The position numbers and the translations under genes were made by a program. This document shows positions 1 through 13,264 of a stretch of 64,000 bases of DNA, in pieces. The stretch comes from Mobula hypostoma (lineage: Eukaryota), in the NCBI RefSeq assembly GCF_963921235.1, contig NC_086123.1, positions 9,238,001-9,302,000 of the forward strand, given 5' to 3'. The notes beneath the pieces were generated by a model. It had not been told where the DNA came from. It was given only the letters and a program-made list of their open reading frames with translations, and searched no databases. Numbering within the stretch: position 1 is the stretch's first letter; each line of letters opens with the position of its first letter.

Positions 1-443
1 AGGGGCGGTTAGATAAATTTGGTTCCACCCTTTATTAATCAAATATGGCCTGCACTTGTTCTAAGTTTGCAGAAAACTACGAAGTATTATATTTCAGATG
101 TATGCTTATCACAGCTAATTAACGGCCATCGCATTTCATCATGACATCAGTTCTGATGAAAACTCATCTATTAAGAACATCAATTCTGTGTTTTCCTTCA
201 CAGACCTTCTGAGCAGTTCTAACATTTTTCTTTTGCATTTCAGGCTTAAAGCATTTATACCATTTCCGCTGAGCAAATTTTATCTTGTCTTTTTAACTTC
301 AGTCAGGCCCAGTCCAGGACGTCACATGAATATTAATCAGCAATATCTTGCAAGGATCTACAAGAATAAAAAAGCTCCTATAAATTTTTGATCTGCAATA
401 ACCGATAAATTAAGGAAAATAAGTTGTATACATGTCATTACAG

Positions 444-525
444 AGTGGACATAACTCCAGATGGAATGAAGGCTATTTTGACTCTTTCCAATGGTGACAT
501 GCGACGATCTTTGAATATTTTGCAA
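444..525 (+). CDS. RFC5: Replication factor C subunit 5, internal exon (82 bp)
   Basis: cag|...|gtgagc boundaries; encodes VDITPDGMKAILTLSNGDMRRSLNILQ (RFC GDMR motif), closely matching vertebrate RFC5. Confidence 0.96.
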
Positions 526-614
526 GTGAGCTATTTTTATATTGTACAGGATTACAATTGTTGGTTATTTGTTGATTGCACTGAAACTAATGCAATTGTA
601 TTCTCAATTATTAG

Positions 615-744
615 AGTACAAACATGGCGTATGACAAAGTGACTGAGGATACAGTGTACACCTGCACGGGTCATCCACTAAAATCAGATATCGCAAACAT
701 CCTTGATTGGATGCTCAACAAAGACTTCACCACTGCATATAAGA
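615..744 (+). CDS. RFC5: RFC5 internal exon (130 bp)
   Basis: ttag| acceptor; STNMAYDKVTEDTVYTCTGHPLKSDIANILDWMLNKDFTTAYK; followed by GTATCCTTT donor. Confidence 0.96.
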
Positions 745-944
745 GTATCCTTTTAACTGAAGCCAGAAGACATTACATACTGTTAACAGAGCATTTCATT
801 TATTTTAAAATAACAAACAGAATTACATGGAAATAGTTCCTTCAACCCAACCAGTTGCTAATAAAACAAAATGAATAGACCAGGCAACCTTTGCCGTTGT
901 ACAAGAGGAAGACTTAACATTTCAAGTCAATGTCTTTTCATTAC

Positions 945-1050
945 AAAGCAACAGGCCAAATGCTGGAGGAATTTAGCAGGTCAGGAAGCATCTATGGAAA
1001 TGAATAAACAGTTGATGTTTCGGGCTGAGGATCTTCTTTAGGACTGGGGA
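945..1050 (-). mobile_element. Short Penelope-like element end with degenerate hammerhead
   Basis: Homologous to the 42.9 kb element end; perfect 11-bp TSD cttttcattac at 934-944 and 1051-1061. Confidence 0.7.
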
Positions 1051-1848
1051 CTTTTCATTACGTCTTTTCAGAAAAGGGTAAGAGAATTAACTTGGTTTTA
1101 AGCAAGTGCAGAGGAAACGAAAGTGAGAAGCAGAAGGAAAACTTGCAAAGTGTGATATAGGCAAAGAAGATTAAACAAGAAAATAAATGGAGCAAGGCAG
1201 AAATGTGTAATAATGGGAGAAGGTATAGATGTGAGTTGCAGATCCTACTATACAAAAATTTGCAAGCAGTCATTATCTGAAATTGTTGAATGCTAAAAGA
1301 AGCTTGTGAATTGCTCAATCAGCAGCATAGTCTAAATGGTCAAACTTGGGTAGAGTGGAGAGGAGATGGAGAATTAAAAGTAAAGTAATAGGCTCACTTA
1401 CATTTGGGTGACCAAATATAGAGGAAACCATATCATAACCTGTGTTTACAGGATACTAATTTCAAAGAAGTTAAAAAAATAGTGGTGGTTTACCTGTTTG
1501 AAGTGCTTGGGATATTGCTTAATGGAAAGGAAGTGGGAAAACTTGGATGTTACGACTCCTGATCAGTGACTAGGGTGGACAAGTGGTTTGCAGAGGAGAT
1601 GATCTCTGGAGAACGGAAAGGGAGGAAAAGGATAATGTTTAGCTGCAGTGTTATATTGAAAATGGTGGAAATAGTAGGGAAAATCCTTTGGAATATGGAA
1701 GTGAGAATAAGGGGAACTTATCGTTTTTAAGCTTGTGTCTATAAACCTCTGAATCCTGAGAAACTGTCCATCAATGTGTCCTGTACCAATTTAAGCAACC
1801 ATCAAATCATCACTAAACTTCTTCTCAGATAGAAGCAGCCTACAGTCT

Positions 1849-3390
1849 TAAGACCATAAGATGTAGGAGCGGAATTAGGCCATTTGGCCATTCGAGTGCT
1901 GTGCCATTCCATCATGGCTGATTTATTATGCCTCAACCCCTTTCCCCTGCCTTCTCCCTGTAACCTTTGAAGCCCTGAATCATCAAGAACCTATCAACCT
2001 TCACCTTAACTACACCCAATGACTTGGCCTTCACAGCCATCTGTGGAAATGAATTCCACGGATTCACCACTTTCTGGCTAAAGAAATTTTTCCTCATCTC
2101 TGTTCTAAATGAATGTCCCTCAATTCTGAGGCTGTGCCCTCTCATCCTAGACTCCCCCCACTTATAGGAAATTTACTCACCACATTCACTCTGTCTAGGC
2201 CTTTCAATATTTGATAGGTTTCAATGACATCCCCTCCCCCATACTTCTGAATGCCAGCGAGTATAGGCCAAAAGCCATCAAATGCTCCTGATATGTTAAC
2301 TCTTTCTTTTTCTGAGGTGAGGGGCCCAAAACTGTTCACAATACTCCAGGTGCAGCCTGACCAATTCCTTACAAAGCTCAGCATTACATCCTGACTTTTA
2401 TATTCTAGTCTGCTTGAATGCTAACATTGTATTTGCCTTCCTTACCACTGACACAATCTGCAAGTTCATCATTAATTTTCTCCCCATTTAGAAAATAATC
2501 CACGCCTTTATTCCTTCTGCCAAAATGCATGACCGTACAATTCCCTACATTATATTCCATCTGTCACTTCTTTTCCCATTCCCCCAATCTAAGTACTTTT
2601 GTAGATACCCTGCTTTCTCAGTATTACCTGCCCCTCTTCCTATCTTCGTATCGTCCATAAACTTGGCAACAAAGACATCAGTTCCTTTATCCACATCATC
2701 TTAAGCAGCCTGGTGCAGTGCCTTGTCAAAGTCCTTCTGAAGATCCAATAAACAACATCCACCGACTGTCCTTTGTCTATCCTGCCTGTATTTCCCTCAA
2801 AGAATTTCAGCATATTTGTCAGGCAAGATAGTGCTGTTAGAAAACCATGCTGATTCTATCCTATTTTGTGCCTCTGAAACCTCATCCTTAATAATAGACT
2901 CCAACAACTTTCCAACCACTGAAGTCAGGTTAACTGACTTATAATTTATTTTCTTCAGCCTCCCTCCCTTCTTAATGAGTGGGGTGACATTTGCAATTTT
3001 CCAATCCTCAGGCATGATTCCAGAATCTGCTGATTCTTAAGAGATCATGCCCCCATATTCTCTTCAGCTACCTCTTTTAGAACCCTGCGGTACAGCCCAT
3101 CTGGTTCAGGTGACTTACCTGACCTTCAGACTTCTCTGTTTCCCAAGCACCTTCTCTTTACTAATAGCAATTACTCCCATTTCTGCTCCCTGACACCCTC
3201 ACATTTCTGGTCTTCTGTTAGTGACAGAACACTAACGGAAGGACTCAACTACAAGCTGCTCCAAAAAGCCACATTTCATAGGCATTCTACAAATTCCCTC
3301 TTGGGGTCCAACACCAACCTGATTTCAAAAATCTACCTGCATTTTGAAATCCCCCAAATTTATTGCAGCATTGCTCTTTTTTGCATGCCT
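1849..3390 (-). mobile_element. CR1-type LINE, truncated and degenerate
   Basis: PEDWKIANVTPLIKKG...NY..V.LTSVVGKLLESII and EMRKNFFSQKVVNPWN motifs; short tandem-repeat 3' tail (taagaccataaga on +). Confidence 0.85.
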
Positions 3391-3968
3391 TATCCAGTCT
3401 TGTCTAGTGTTATATTTGTATTTTCTCTAACCCAGTAGAATTCCAATTATTTTGATTTCTGTCCTTCCTATTGAGAAGTGCAAAACTTGATACACTGCAC
3501 CAGCTGTGGCCTTTCTGAAGATTTGTATTGCCATACTATTACGTCATCTTTTTAATTTATTGCATATCATTATCATTTTAATAACTATTCAAAATAACTC
3601 GCAGACAGATAGAACTTCTGCTCAGTTAATATACTTGGAAACCTGTACAGATGCAGTCAAGTTCAAATAAATTTAAAAGTGAAATATATTTTTTAAAAAT
3701 TAGTTACAGTCAGTGACTTAAGCTTTTAGCATGTTTATATTCCCATATAAATAGTTAGTCTTTCAAATTCAAGGCATAAACGTGTTCCCCAGTTCACTGT
3801 ATAAACTACTTCTGTACAAAGTACTTCACATAATATGCAAGGATACAAACATTATTAGCAAGTTTCATCACGTGTAATGGTCAAGTTTGCCAGGCTGCTT
3901 GACTTTTTAATTGATGGGTGAATCAGTGGAACGTTTATTTTATTTAAATGCCTTGACTTTTTCTTCAG

Positions 3969-4046
3969 ATATCATGGAATTAAAGACGTTAAAAGGTTTA
4001 GCCCTGCATGATATTCTGACTGAGGTTCATACTTTTGTTCACAGAG
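3969..4046 (+). CDS. RFC5: RFC5 internal exon (78 bp)
   Basis: ttcag|...|gtaaga; (N)IMELKTLKGLALHDILTEVHTFVHR; phase joins the previous exon. Confidence 0.96.
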
Positions 4047-5191
4047 GTAAGAAGATTGAATCTCATGAAACAAACTATTAGCTTTGTTGCATGTGATAAT
4101 TTTATAACTTTTTATAAAAATTATATTATAAATATTGAATGTATATGCTTACCAAGAATCTGTTGACAATTTTTGTGTATTAATACCTCATAGACTCATC
4201 TTTCTGGCAAGTTGTTATTAAACTAGATTGGTACTATTCCCAGTATCATTCACTGTACTACCTTAGTAAAGATCAAGAATGAGGAAAATACGACATTTTT
4301 GTATTGTCCCTTCCATTTTATTTTACATTCAGATAAATCCAATATATCACCAGCTGCAACAAAAATCAACTTTCATCAGTTTGCAGGGAGGCAAGTGAAA
4401 TTAATAAGATGTAGTAAGTTAGTTTCTCAGAAAGACTAATTACTTCAAAATTGTATTTCATGGTGCTGCCTAGTTGTATGGTACGAATACAGTTGGCTCA
4501 GTTGGTAGCATTCAAGTCAGATTGCCGGAATTGTCTTTTCATTTCAGTTCTTACTAAGTGCACTATGTACATTTTTTGCATAATATATTAAAGTCTCATC
4601 CAGCCTTTCAGCTAGGCATTTTTTAAAAATTGCTGTGACTATTCAAACATTGCAGGGAACTTTCTTAGTTCACCCTTGTATTACATTCGGGATATGGTTA
4701 TTGGTGGCATAAATTATCTATCTAATTTGTTTCAATGGCTTCTTCTGTTTGGAATAGTCTTGTGAAGTAAGGGTGGCAAGGATAGCAGTGACGTAATACG
4801 TTATTTGTGAGAATTTAATAGTTTATTATTTGTTTTAAACAGCTTCCACATTTTTAATAAATTTGAATTCACATTCTCAATATTTATGATAGGTTTTCAG
4901 TTTGGTGTACTAATAACCAAAGATTTAAATGAAACTGCTAAACTGCTGTACTTATTCTAATCAATACTTTTGTCTTGATCAACATGAGATTAGTTGCCAT
5001 TTTTATTATATTATAAATTTCTTATTTCAGTGAGCCTTTATAACAGTAGTGTCTGCATCAAGTAATTTGATTTTTTTTGGCACAGCATGAATAGATAAAA
5101 ATGCTGTATGAGATGCATGTTCTGTAGAGATAAAAGTGCTTGTAGATTGTTAACCCTCTTCAATGGTATAGTTAGTTGTTGATTACTACGT

Positions 5192-5511
5192 TTGTGGCCA
5201 AGTGGTTAAGGCATTCGACTAGTGATCTGAAGATTGTGAGTTCGAGCCCCAGCCGAGGCAGTGTGTTGCGTCCTCGTCCTTGAGCAAGGCACTTAACCAC
5301 ACAGTGCTCTGTGACGACACTGGTGCCAAGCTGTATCGGCCCTTGCCCTTCCCTTCCCTTGGACAACATTAGTGTCATGGAGAGGGGAAACTTGCGGCAT
5401 GGGCAACTGCCTGTCTTCCATTCAACCTTGCCCAGGCCTGTGCCGTGGAGAGTGAAGACTTTCCAGGCGCAGATCCATGGTCTCGCAAGACTAACGGATG
5501 CCTTAAAAAAA
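5192..5511 (+). mobile_element. tRNA-derived SINE
   Basis: A box TGGCCAAGTGG, B box GAGTTCGAGCC, unrelated body, A-rich tail. Confidence 0.7.
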
Positions 5512-5809
5512 ACTACATTGTTATAATTTCTTTTATATGGAAATGCGGCTTAAACTATTTGCTATTTTAAGATGTTTGGTTTCTAGATTTCAAAATACAA
5601 ATTGCAGAAGATAACAAGTTGGTTTTGCTGATGGCTTACTATACTATACTTAAATTCTTGAGTTTCTTCCCATGTGAATATTTACTTCTGGGTAGGATTA
5701 TCCTTAAATCTAGATTTGGGTTTTCAGTGATCTATCTTTTCCAGATTTTGTCAATTGTTATAACTTTCAGTCAAAATTTAGTTTCCTATACCTGGCCTAA
5801 TTTCTGTTA

Positions 5810-6313
5810 ATGGCTAGACAATGGAGAGCATTTTAACAGGCTTCATTACTGTCTTGTATGGGGTACTGCTGCACAGGACCAAAATAAGCTACAGAAAGTT
5901 GTAAAGATTAGTCAGCTCCATCTTGGGTATGAGCCCCCATCGTATCCAAGATATCTTCAAGGAGCGGTGCCTCAGAAAGGCAATGTACATTGTTAAAGAA
6001 CCCCCATTACCCAGGGCATGCCCTCTTCTCATTGTTACTGTCAGGAAGGAGGTGCAGAAGCCTGAAGACACTCAACAATTCAAGAACAGCTTTTTTGCCT
6101 CTGCTATATGATTCCTAAATGGACATTGAACCCATGAACATGACCTCACTTTTTTAATATATGATACTGTTCTTGCACTATTTTAATCTATTTAATATAC
6201 ATATATATACTTTTACTTTTTTTCTATATTATCATGCATTGCATTGTACGGCAGCCGCTAAGTTAACAAATTTCACAACGCATGCGGTGATAATAAACCT
6301 GATTCTGATTCTG
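5810..6313 (+). mobile_element. Rex1/Babar-like LINE 3' fragment
   Basis: ESILTG.ITV.YG-like and KNSFF motifs; aataaa followed by (gattct)n tail. Confidence 0.65.
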
Positions 6314-6476
6314 ACTTTCTTTAGTTTTAGTTATTTATAAGCTCGCTGTATCTTTTATCTAGTGAGTGTATTTATTATACACAAATGAAATTTAAAATCC
6401 AGAACTAGAATAGCCTTTATTTCTAATCCTGCACCTGAGCTGTTGGTCTGAATTATAGAAAATATACTGTAGCTAC

Positions 6477-6862
6477 CTAAGGCGGCAGTGTGGGGATACA
6501 TCCCTACCAAAGGAGGTGTAAAGTGCTCCTTCCCTCCGCTAGTCTGCTGGTAACCCTTGGGCAAGGTGTAGCACCTGCTTAGCCCCCTCTCCCAATCAGG
6601 GTCACGTGAAACCATGGGAGCAGGTGGTGGATTGTCGTGTGAGTAGCTGGCGCATATCTTGAGTGCTGGTTATGTGACCATTGGCGCAAAGCAAACAATC
6701 TCTGAAGAGTATTGATAATGTCTGGGGTCACCTGTCTTGTAAAGACACTGCACAAAGGAAGACAATGGTAAACCCCTTGTAGGAAAATTTGCTGAGAACA
6801 ATCATGGTCATGGGTCCATGATTGCCTGCCTGCTATGACATGGCACAAAATAATGATGATGA
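6477..6862 (+). mobile_element. Short non-autonomous retroelement, RTE-related (tentative)
   Basis: GC-richer island ending in a (gat)n-like tail; family assignment from memory only. Confidence 0.35.
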
Positions 6863-7689
6863 CAACTGTAGTTACCAAGAAATCATCCAGATGATTCAAT
6901 TCCACAGGAACAATGAAATATGCTAAACAATATTGTCTGTGTATCATAACTAATTTTCTGATCTAGTATACTGTGTTTGCACCACAGATATTTAACATAA
7001 TAGCATTTACATTAGTAACATAGAGCATTTAACTGATAGAGAAATAAGCAGATCAGTGATATTTTGTAAATTAGTAAACATTTTGAAAAGGTAATATTGA
7101 GCTTGAATATTAGAATAACAGTCTAAACCATCAATCGTGTTTAGTAAAAGTTGAGGAGAGCAATTGTACAATATTTATTTAAATATATGTACAAATCTTG
7201 TTCCTTTTAAAAACATTTTTATTGTGCATTGATAAATTCCATTCCTTAATCTGACTAAGATCAAGATTTCTTTTTTCTTGGGTTGTGTCATGGATGGGAA
7301 GGGGCAGGACCAGGGCTAGGTGGAAAGTTGGGAGAAACATAGATTAGTTTCAGTGGGAAATAGAAAATTGTTTTGTGCCCCGTCCCTCAAATACCTTTGC
7401 CAGAAGCACAGTAAGGGCGCTTTTGTATACTCTGTGATGCTTTTGATCCCACCTGCCAGGTTGATTCTATGGTGCAGGAGGTCTTATTGTACAAGATTTA
7501 TCTAGCTCTTAAATAAAAGGTCTATTGTCTGCTTGTTTAAAGTGATAGAGGTGGGGAATTGCTAGGAACATATTTTTGCAATGGATATGCCCAGATGAGG
7601 AACAGCTCTGTCATTTGGGCACTAGGAATGTTTTTCCAGATAGATCTAGTGACCAACGAGGTCCTATGCCACATAATCAAAGCAGAGTA

Positions 7690-8594
7690 CAGTCAGCCCT
7701 CCTTATCCGCGAGTTCCGCATGCGCGAATTCAACCAACCGTGAATCGAAAAAACCTGCAAGTGTTCTTCCACCACTTGNNNNNNNNNNNNNNNNNNNNNN
7801 NNNNNNNNNNNNNNNNNNNNNNNNNNNNNNNNNNNNNNNNNNNNNNNNNNNNNNNNNNNNNNNNNNNNNNNNNNNNNNNNNNNNNNNNNNNNNNNNNNNN
7901 NNNNNNNNNNNNNNNNNNNNNNNNNNNNNNNNTTGGGATCAGAAGAAAAACGGGAGTTCTCTTACTAAGTAAGTCGGAACAGGTACATCCGGTATTATTT
8001 AGCGTCAGTTAGTCAAACATTTGTCTTAGTATATAGTATATATTTTACCTTTCTATGCATATAAAACACTCAAGAAACGTATGTTTCAGCGCCGGGCTTG
8101 GGAACAGAAGTTCCCGAGTTCGATCCAGTGACAGACCGCTCCCGAGCCAGGTTGATGTGGAGGATTAAAAACCCAACACCCCAAAACCCAATAATTAAAC
8201 CACTGCATTGCTCAGTAATAATTGTAGCTTTTATCGGGGCAGGGCCTTTCTCACTTTATCCTTTAAAATTGTTCCGATCGTTGACCAGCTGCAGCCTAAC
8301 ACTTTTCCAATGACCAATGGCATTTCACCTCTTTCCGATCGCTTTATAATTTCCACTTTATTTTCAATCATGATCGTGATTATTTTCGTGAACAGAAACA
8401 ATGCGGATTCAGAGCTCCGCCGCCAGGTCCTAATGTCTACCGCACTGAGACAGGTTAAATAAGGTCCAGGGTTCCGTTGGGTCCTAAGGTCCACCTCATT
8501 GAGACAGTTTGAATAAGAGACTTGAGCATCTGCGCTTTTTGATATCCACGAGGAGTCCCAGAACGAATCCCTCGCGGATAAGGAGGGCCAATTG
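7690..8594 (-). mobile_element. Tigger/pogo-type non-autonomous DNA transposon
   Basis: TIRs cagtcagccctccttatccgcga / tcgcggataaggagggccaattg; TA TSDs; internal psq-HTH remnant IENKVEIIKRSERGE...STIGTILKDK. Confidence 0.85.
7779..7932. other. Assembly gap (154 N)
   Basis: Run of N. Confidence 1.
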
Positions 8595-10764
8595 TATGTG
8601 CTCAGTTGAAGGCTACAGTCGAATGCCTGATGGATCCCCGGCCTCTCAGTTGCCTCAATTCCTCCAGCCCTTCCCCAACTTCTGTACCCTCTGGCAATCT
8701 ACTACAATTTTCATTCCTCATAGTGTCATGTGCCCTATATTCCATTAATAAAATCACTCAATCAGAATTGGCCTCACTGCATAGTTCATTTTGACCCTTG
8801 TAAATCAGCCCATTGACTACTGGGCTTGCATATTAAAATTGCTAACAAACAGCAATATGAAACAAACTGAGACGCTGCTCAAATTGCAGTGTGCTCAAAT
8901 TGTAGTTAAGCCCAGTGCAGTTTGAGAGCCACTTTCAAGACTGGGTTCAAATTTAGTAAAGGAAAATTTTTATAAATCTAGCTGATGTGCCTTCTGTCTA
9001 CAAGTACCACCTTTAGGAGTCGTGTTATCTATTTATTGTCTGTATTGTATTTGCGTTCCGCATCCTCACTCCGAATTGAGGTAATTTGTCATGTAGGTAT
9101 GGGCGGCAGTTAGCGGACGGCATGCAGCATTAAAATAAACATTTATTTTTCATTGCTGCTTGCCTTTGAATTTGATCCAGTTTTACTAGTTTTGTTTTAC
9201 ATGAGTTGCAGAAGAGTCAAATGATTTTATTGTTGGTTTTTAATAAAGGATCAAATGTACTTTTTCGACTTGGAATTTATTTAGTTGTAAGCGTGTCATA
9301 CAGTGTGATACTCCCTCACTTAGCCTCTCAGTGACTTTTAGTTTGTTTTCAAGTAGTTGCTACATTTTGTCAACAAAAAATTTTGTATACCAAACAAGCA
9401 CCAGTTTATGGCAAAGCCATCAGCACAGACTACTTCACACGGTGTTTCACGTTCTGGACAAAGAGGATTGCTCGGACCTGTTGGTGGAAAAAGAATTTCA
9501 ACACAAGGGAGTGTAAAGAAATTCCTTGCAGTTATTTGAGATAACTACCATCACAACACTGAGCAGGCACATCGGCAATGTGGGCAGCTGAAGCAACAGG
9601 CTTACCTGTGGCTTTGTGTTGATTCATGCTGTGTGTTTATGGATTGAACACAGTTTGAGTGGTCAATGTTGCCTGTCCATTGGGGACCGTAGCTTGATTG
9701 TGTGGTGTTTTCCTGATGTTTTGTCGTTCTGTTTTATTGGAGTGCTGAAAGGCCTGGCTTCTTGTGTGGTTTGTAAAGTTCGTGTTTGCTGAAATATTGT
9801 CCAGGTTGCTGACATTTGAATTGAACACTGTTTATTTGGTTTGTTTGATGTGCGAATAGTGTGTTTGTTGCCTGTGTTGATTGAACAGAATTCTGCCAGC
9901 GCGTTCTGTGAACATGAGTGGATCAAAGGATTGGACTGATGTCGGTGGCTCTGAAATGGCGGGTCGCAAAAGTCTTCCAAAGGAATGTAAAATAAATGTG
10001 AACAAAGTCAAAGGTTTAATACCATTAATTAAGGAGCTTATGAAAAATCAAGAAAATGGCTCATAAGTGCAATCTCAGTTTGAGAACTTGACTAACCTTT
10101 GTGAAGCTGCCACTAAGCTGCCCGAGGATGAACTTGAAAAACAAAGTGAATGGTTCATAAGCATTGATTGGTAAAGACAGTAGTGCATTCAAAGAGGATA
10201 TGAAACAATGGCTAGCTCAAGCATTTCACATTGATGGCCATGTTCAATCTGATGCTGCTGCAATAAATGAAGACATTCCTCACCTTACAACAGACAATGT
10301 TTCTCAAGTTCCAATGCATGTTATGACTCCAGATACAACAGATAACATACAAGATAATGTGAAACGAAGTGACAGTGCGTCCTATGTTGAAAGCAGAAGG
10401 ACTAGCTTATGAAGCTCTGTTGCAGGAAGAACATCTTCCGTATCAACTACCTCCTCTGCATGCATTAAAGCAGAGGCTGATTTAGCATGTCAATGATTAT
10501 TGAAGGACAAACATGCACTGGAAGAGCAAGAGGAACAGCTGTGGAAAAGAAAGGAACAGCTTAAGTTGGAGGAAGAAATTGCCGGACAAATGGCATAAGT
10601 GCTGAGGGCTTCAAGTGTGTCAGGTGCTAAAAATGGTGCAACAGAACAGTCCAATGGCATGAATTCCTATGTTGAAAAGGCACAAAGAAAAACAAAAACA
10701 CCCAATGCCAGTACTGATTTATTCATTCCTCAAGTGTCAGGGAACATGAACAAGATCCCCAAGA

Positions 10765-10960
10765 AACAAACATCAAAGTTGCTAGTGAATACAGCAGGCC
10801 AGGCAGCATCTCTAGGAAGAGGTACATTCGACGTTTCGGGCTGAGACGTCGATTCTACCTCTTCCTAGAGATGCTGCCTGGCCTGCTGCATTCACCAGCA
10901 ACTTTGATGTGTGTTCCTTGAATTTCCATTATCTGCAGACTTCCTCGTGTTTGCGTTTTT
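10765..10960. mobile_element. Fold-back Penelope-end mini-insertion inside the BEL element
   Basis: ~78-bp inverted arms 10760-10837 / 10843-10920; imperfect TSD aagatccccaaga / aagatcccgaaga. Confidence 0.75.
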
Positions 10961-12496
10961 AAAAAGATCCCGAAGAGGTAGTTCAGGACCGTTTACTCTC
11001 AGCCTGCACTATTGAGGCACTCTGAACCTATGTCATGACGCAACAGTTCAGGGAACATTCACTAATAACGTGGAAGAACTCTTGCTTCTGACTATAGAGA
11101 TCAGAACAGTATTTTTGATATTATGAGAAAGCAAAATAAAATAACCTTATTGTCATAACAACGCCTTTCATCTTTGCCTGAAAGAGAGATTCAAATCTTC
11201 AATCGTGGTCCATTCATGAAGGCCTTTAAAAACAGTGAAAGCAAAACTGACAACCATAGTGAATGCCTCTATTTCCTTGAACAGTACACTAGGGGTCGCC
11301 CTAGAGAACTTGTTAGAAGTTACCAGTATGTTGACCCTAAGAGAGAATATATCAAATCTAAGGCTTTGGTAATGAACAGAAAATTCCACCCACCACCATG
11401 GTAAAAGTTCTTTCGTGGGTAACCATCAAATCTGAAGATGTGAAAGCTCTTCAAGATTATAGTCTTTTTCTTAGAGGCTGTTGCAATGCTGTGGAAGAAA
11501 TGCAATGCATGGGAGAGCTGGAATGGACATGCATGCCAATTTGTTGACTTTATAAAGAAACTGTTCTTTAAGCTTAGGGTGTCCTATGAACTGCAAGAAA
11601 AGCACAACCGTAGGGCTACTTTCATTGACATTGTTAATTTTATTGAAAGGCAAGTAAAGAATATAACATACCTGCTGTTTGGGAACGTACAGGATGCTCC
11701 ATCACTGGCAATAAGCAAAGGTGTGAATAAAAGTCACAACTTCATTCTAGAGCTGAAGGAACCAGCTTTGTCACTACTGTGGCCACTGAGAAGTAAAGCT
11801 AAAAAACTTAACCTGAAACTAAAGAGAGGAAAATAGTTTCATCAGCCAAAAGGGTTTGTCTGCACTGTAGTGTAGGGTGTGGACACGTTGGGATTTGTGC
11901 CCCCGGCCGGAGAAAAGGGCTCATAGTGAGAAGATTTTCTTCCTAAAGTAAAATGGTGTCGGCTTTGGTTGTTTGTGTACAGGACACATCAGCAAAGATT
12001 GAAGGAAGCGTCTTTCATGCAAGGTATGCAGTTTTAAGCATCCCAGCGTACTTCATATCCACTCACGGGAAAGGAGAGCAGAATCAGAGCAAGTCTTGAA
12101 AGAATCATATGCAGTAGTGTGCAGTGCTGTGGTATCCAGATGCCTTGCAGGGGCTGGCGATCATGATTGTACCCTTCCCACAGTTCTAGTACGAGTCAAG
12201 TCTAAGAGGGGTAACAAGACAGTGGTTACTTGTGGTTTCCAGGAGCAAGAGAGCACAACAGTTGTTTGCACAGTGGGCCTCGTTAACAAGCTCAACCTCA
12301 CAGGAAAAAAGGACGCGCATTATCTTGTGCACCATGGATCAAGAGAAGGTTGTGAATAGCTACATTGTTTCAGGATTGGAAGTGGCTGGCTTAGATGGTG
12401 AAAATTATTGTGAACTACCAAATGTCTATATGCAGGAAAGTATGCCTGTCCACAGAGGAAACATTCCATGACAGAGGGATCTCCGGGATAGTACCC

Positions 12497-13264
12497 TGTG
12501 ACGGGTTAAAGAACCAGCAGAAATGGAAAACACCTTGGAGTCTGGTATTGCTGTTAACTAATGCTATTTATTAGTTACTACGCAATACTGTAATATAAAT
12601 TCAGAGAAATCAAACAGGCTAGCAATGATTTTAAGTATATATATATATATATATATATAAACCAAGCTTCTTCAAGCCTAAGTGTAAATGGATACAGTTT
12701 TACGATGATAAGTAAAGGTCAGTTAAGTTCGTGATATTGAGTTGTGATGGAGAGAGAGAGGTGTGGTTGCCCAAGTAAGCCGATGCCGTCAATTCTTCCC
12801 GTTGTCCTCCGAAATCCTTTAGTAGTCACCGAATGTGACCACAACAAGGGGACCGTTTTCTGTGGTGGCGTTATCAACCCAGGCGAGGGTTGGACACACT
12901 AATAACTTCCCACTGGTCACACCTTTTCCACACTGCGAGAGCCACTGATCGATTCTCCTGATCGATCGTCTAAAAACCCACCTTTCTGTGGGCACAACAA
13001 AGCTCATCCAGTGTCCAAAATCATGTGTCTGTCTACCAGCTGACCTTGTATTTATCTCACCATGCTGAACACCAGCTGTCCATCAAGTAGCTCCTCCCTT
13101 CTTTCTCTGTAGGAACTCAGAAGCTAGCAGGGTCCTTGCAGAAATTCCAAACAAACTGTGAGCAACCTTCGCCTCTCTCTCTCTTGATAACAAGATGTTT
13201 GTGCTGTACAGCTGTCTCTTTTTAAAAGCACAGTTCATAAGGGATAATTCAGGATCCCGTCACA
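12497..13264 (-). mobile_element. Probable solo LTR nested in the BEL element
   Basis: TG...CA ends with 9-bp terminal inverted repeat tgtgacggg/cccgtcaca; BEL coding sequence resumes on both sides; AATAAA on - strand near the left end; TSD not clearly resolved. Confidence 0.65.

Larger units (their letters stand above)
745..3968 (+). other. U12-type (minor spliceosome) GT-AG intron of RFC5
   Basis: 5' splice site GTATCCTTTT at 745; branch-like CCTTGAC at 3951-3957, with the A 12 nt before the intron end; short pyrimidine tract. Confidence 0.85.

Noticed and set aside
4490-4670. DeuSINE-like remnant
   Set aside because: Only a faint resemblance (tggctcagttggtagca head); too degenerate to call without alignment.
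5192-5270. tRNA gene
   Set aside because: A and B boxes are present but there is no closed acceptor stem and it continues into a SINE body and A-tail.
7559-8012. ORFs spanning 7.6-8.0 kb
   Set aside because: Artefacts of the N gap inside a Tigger-like element.
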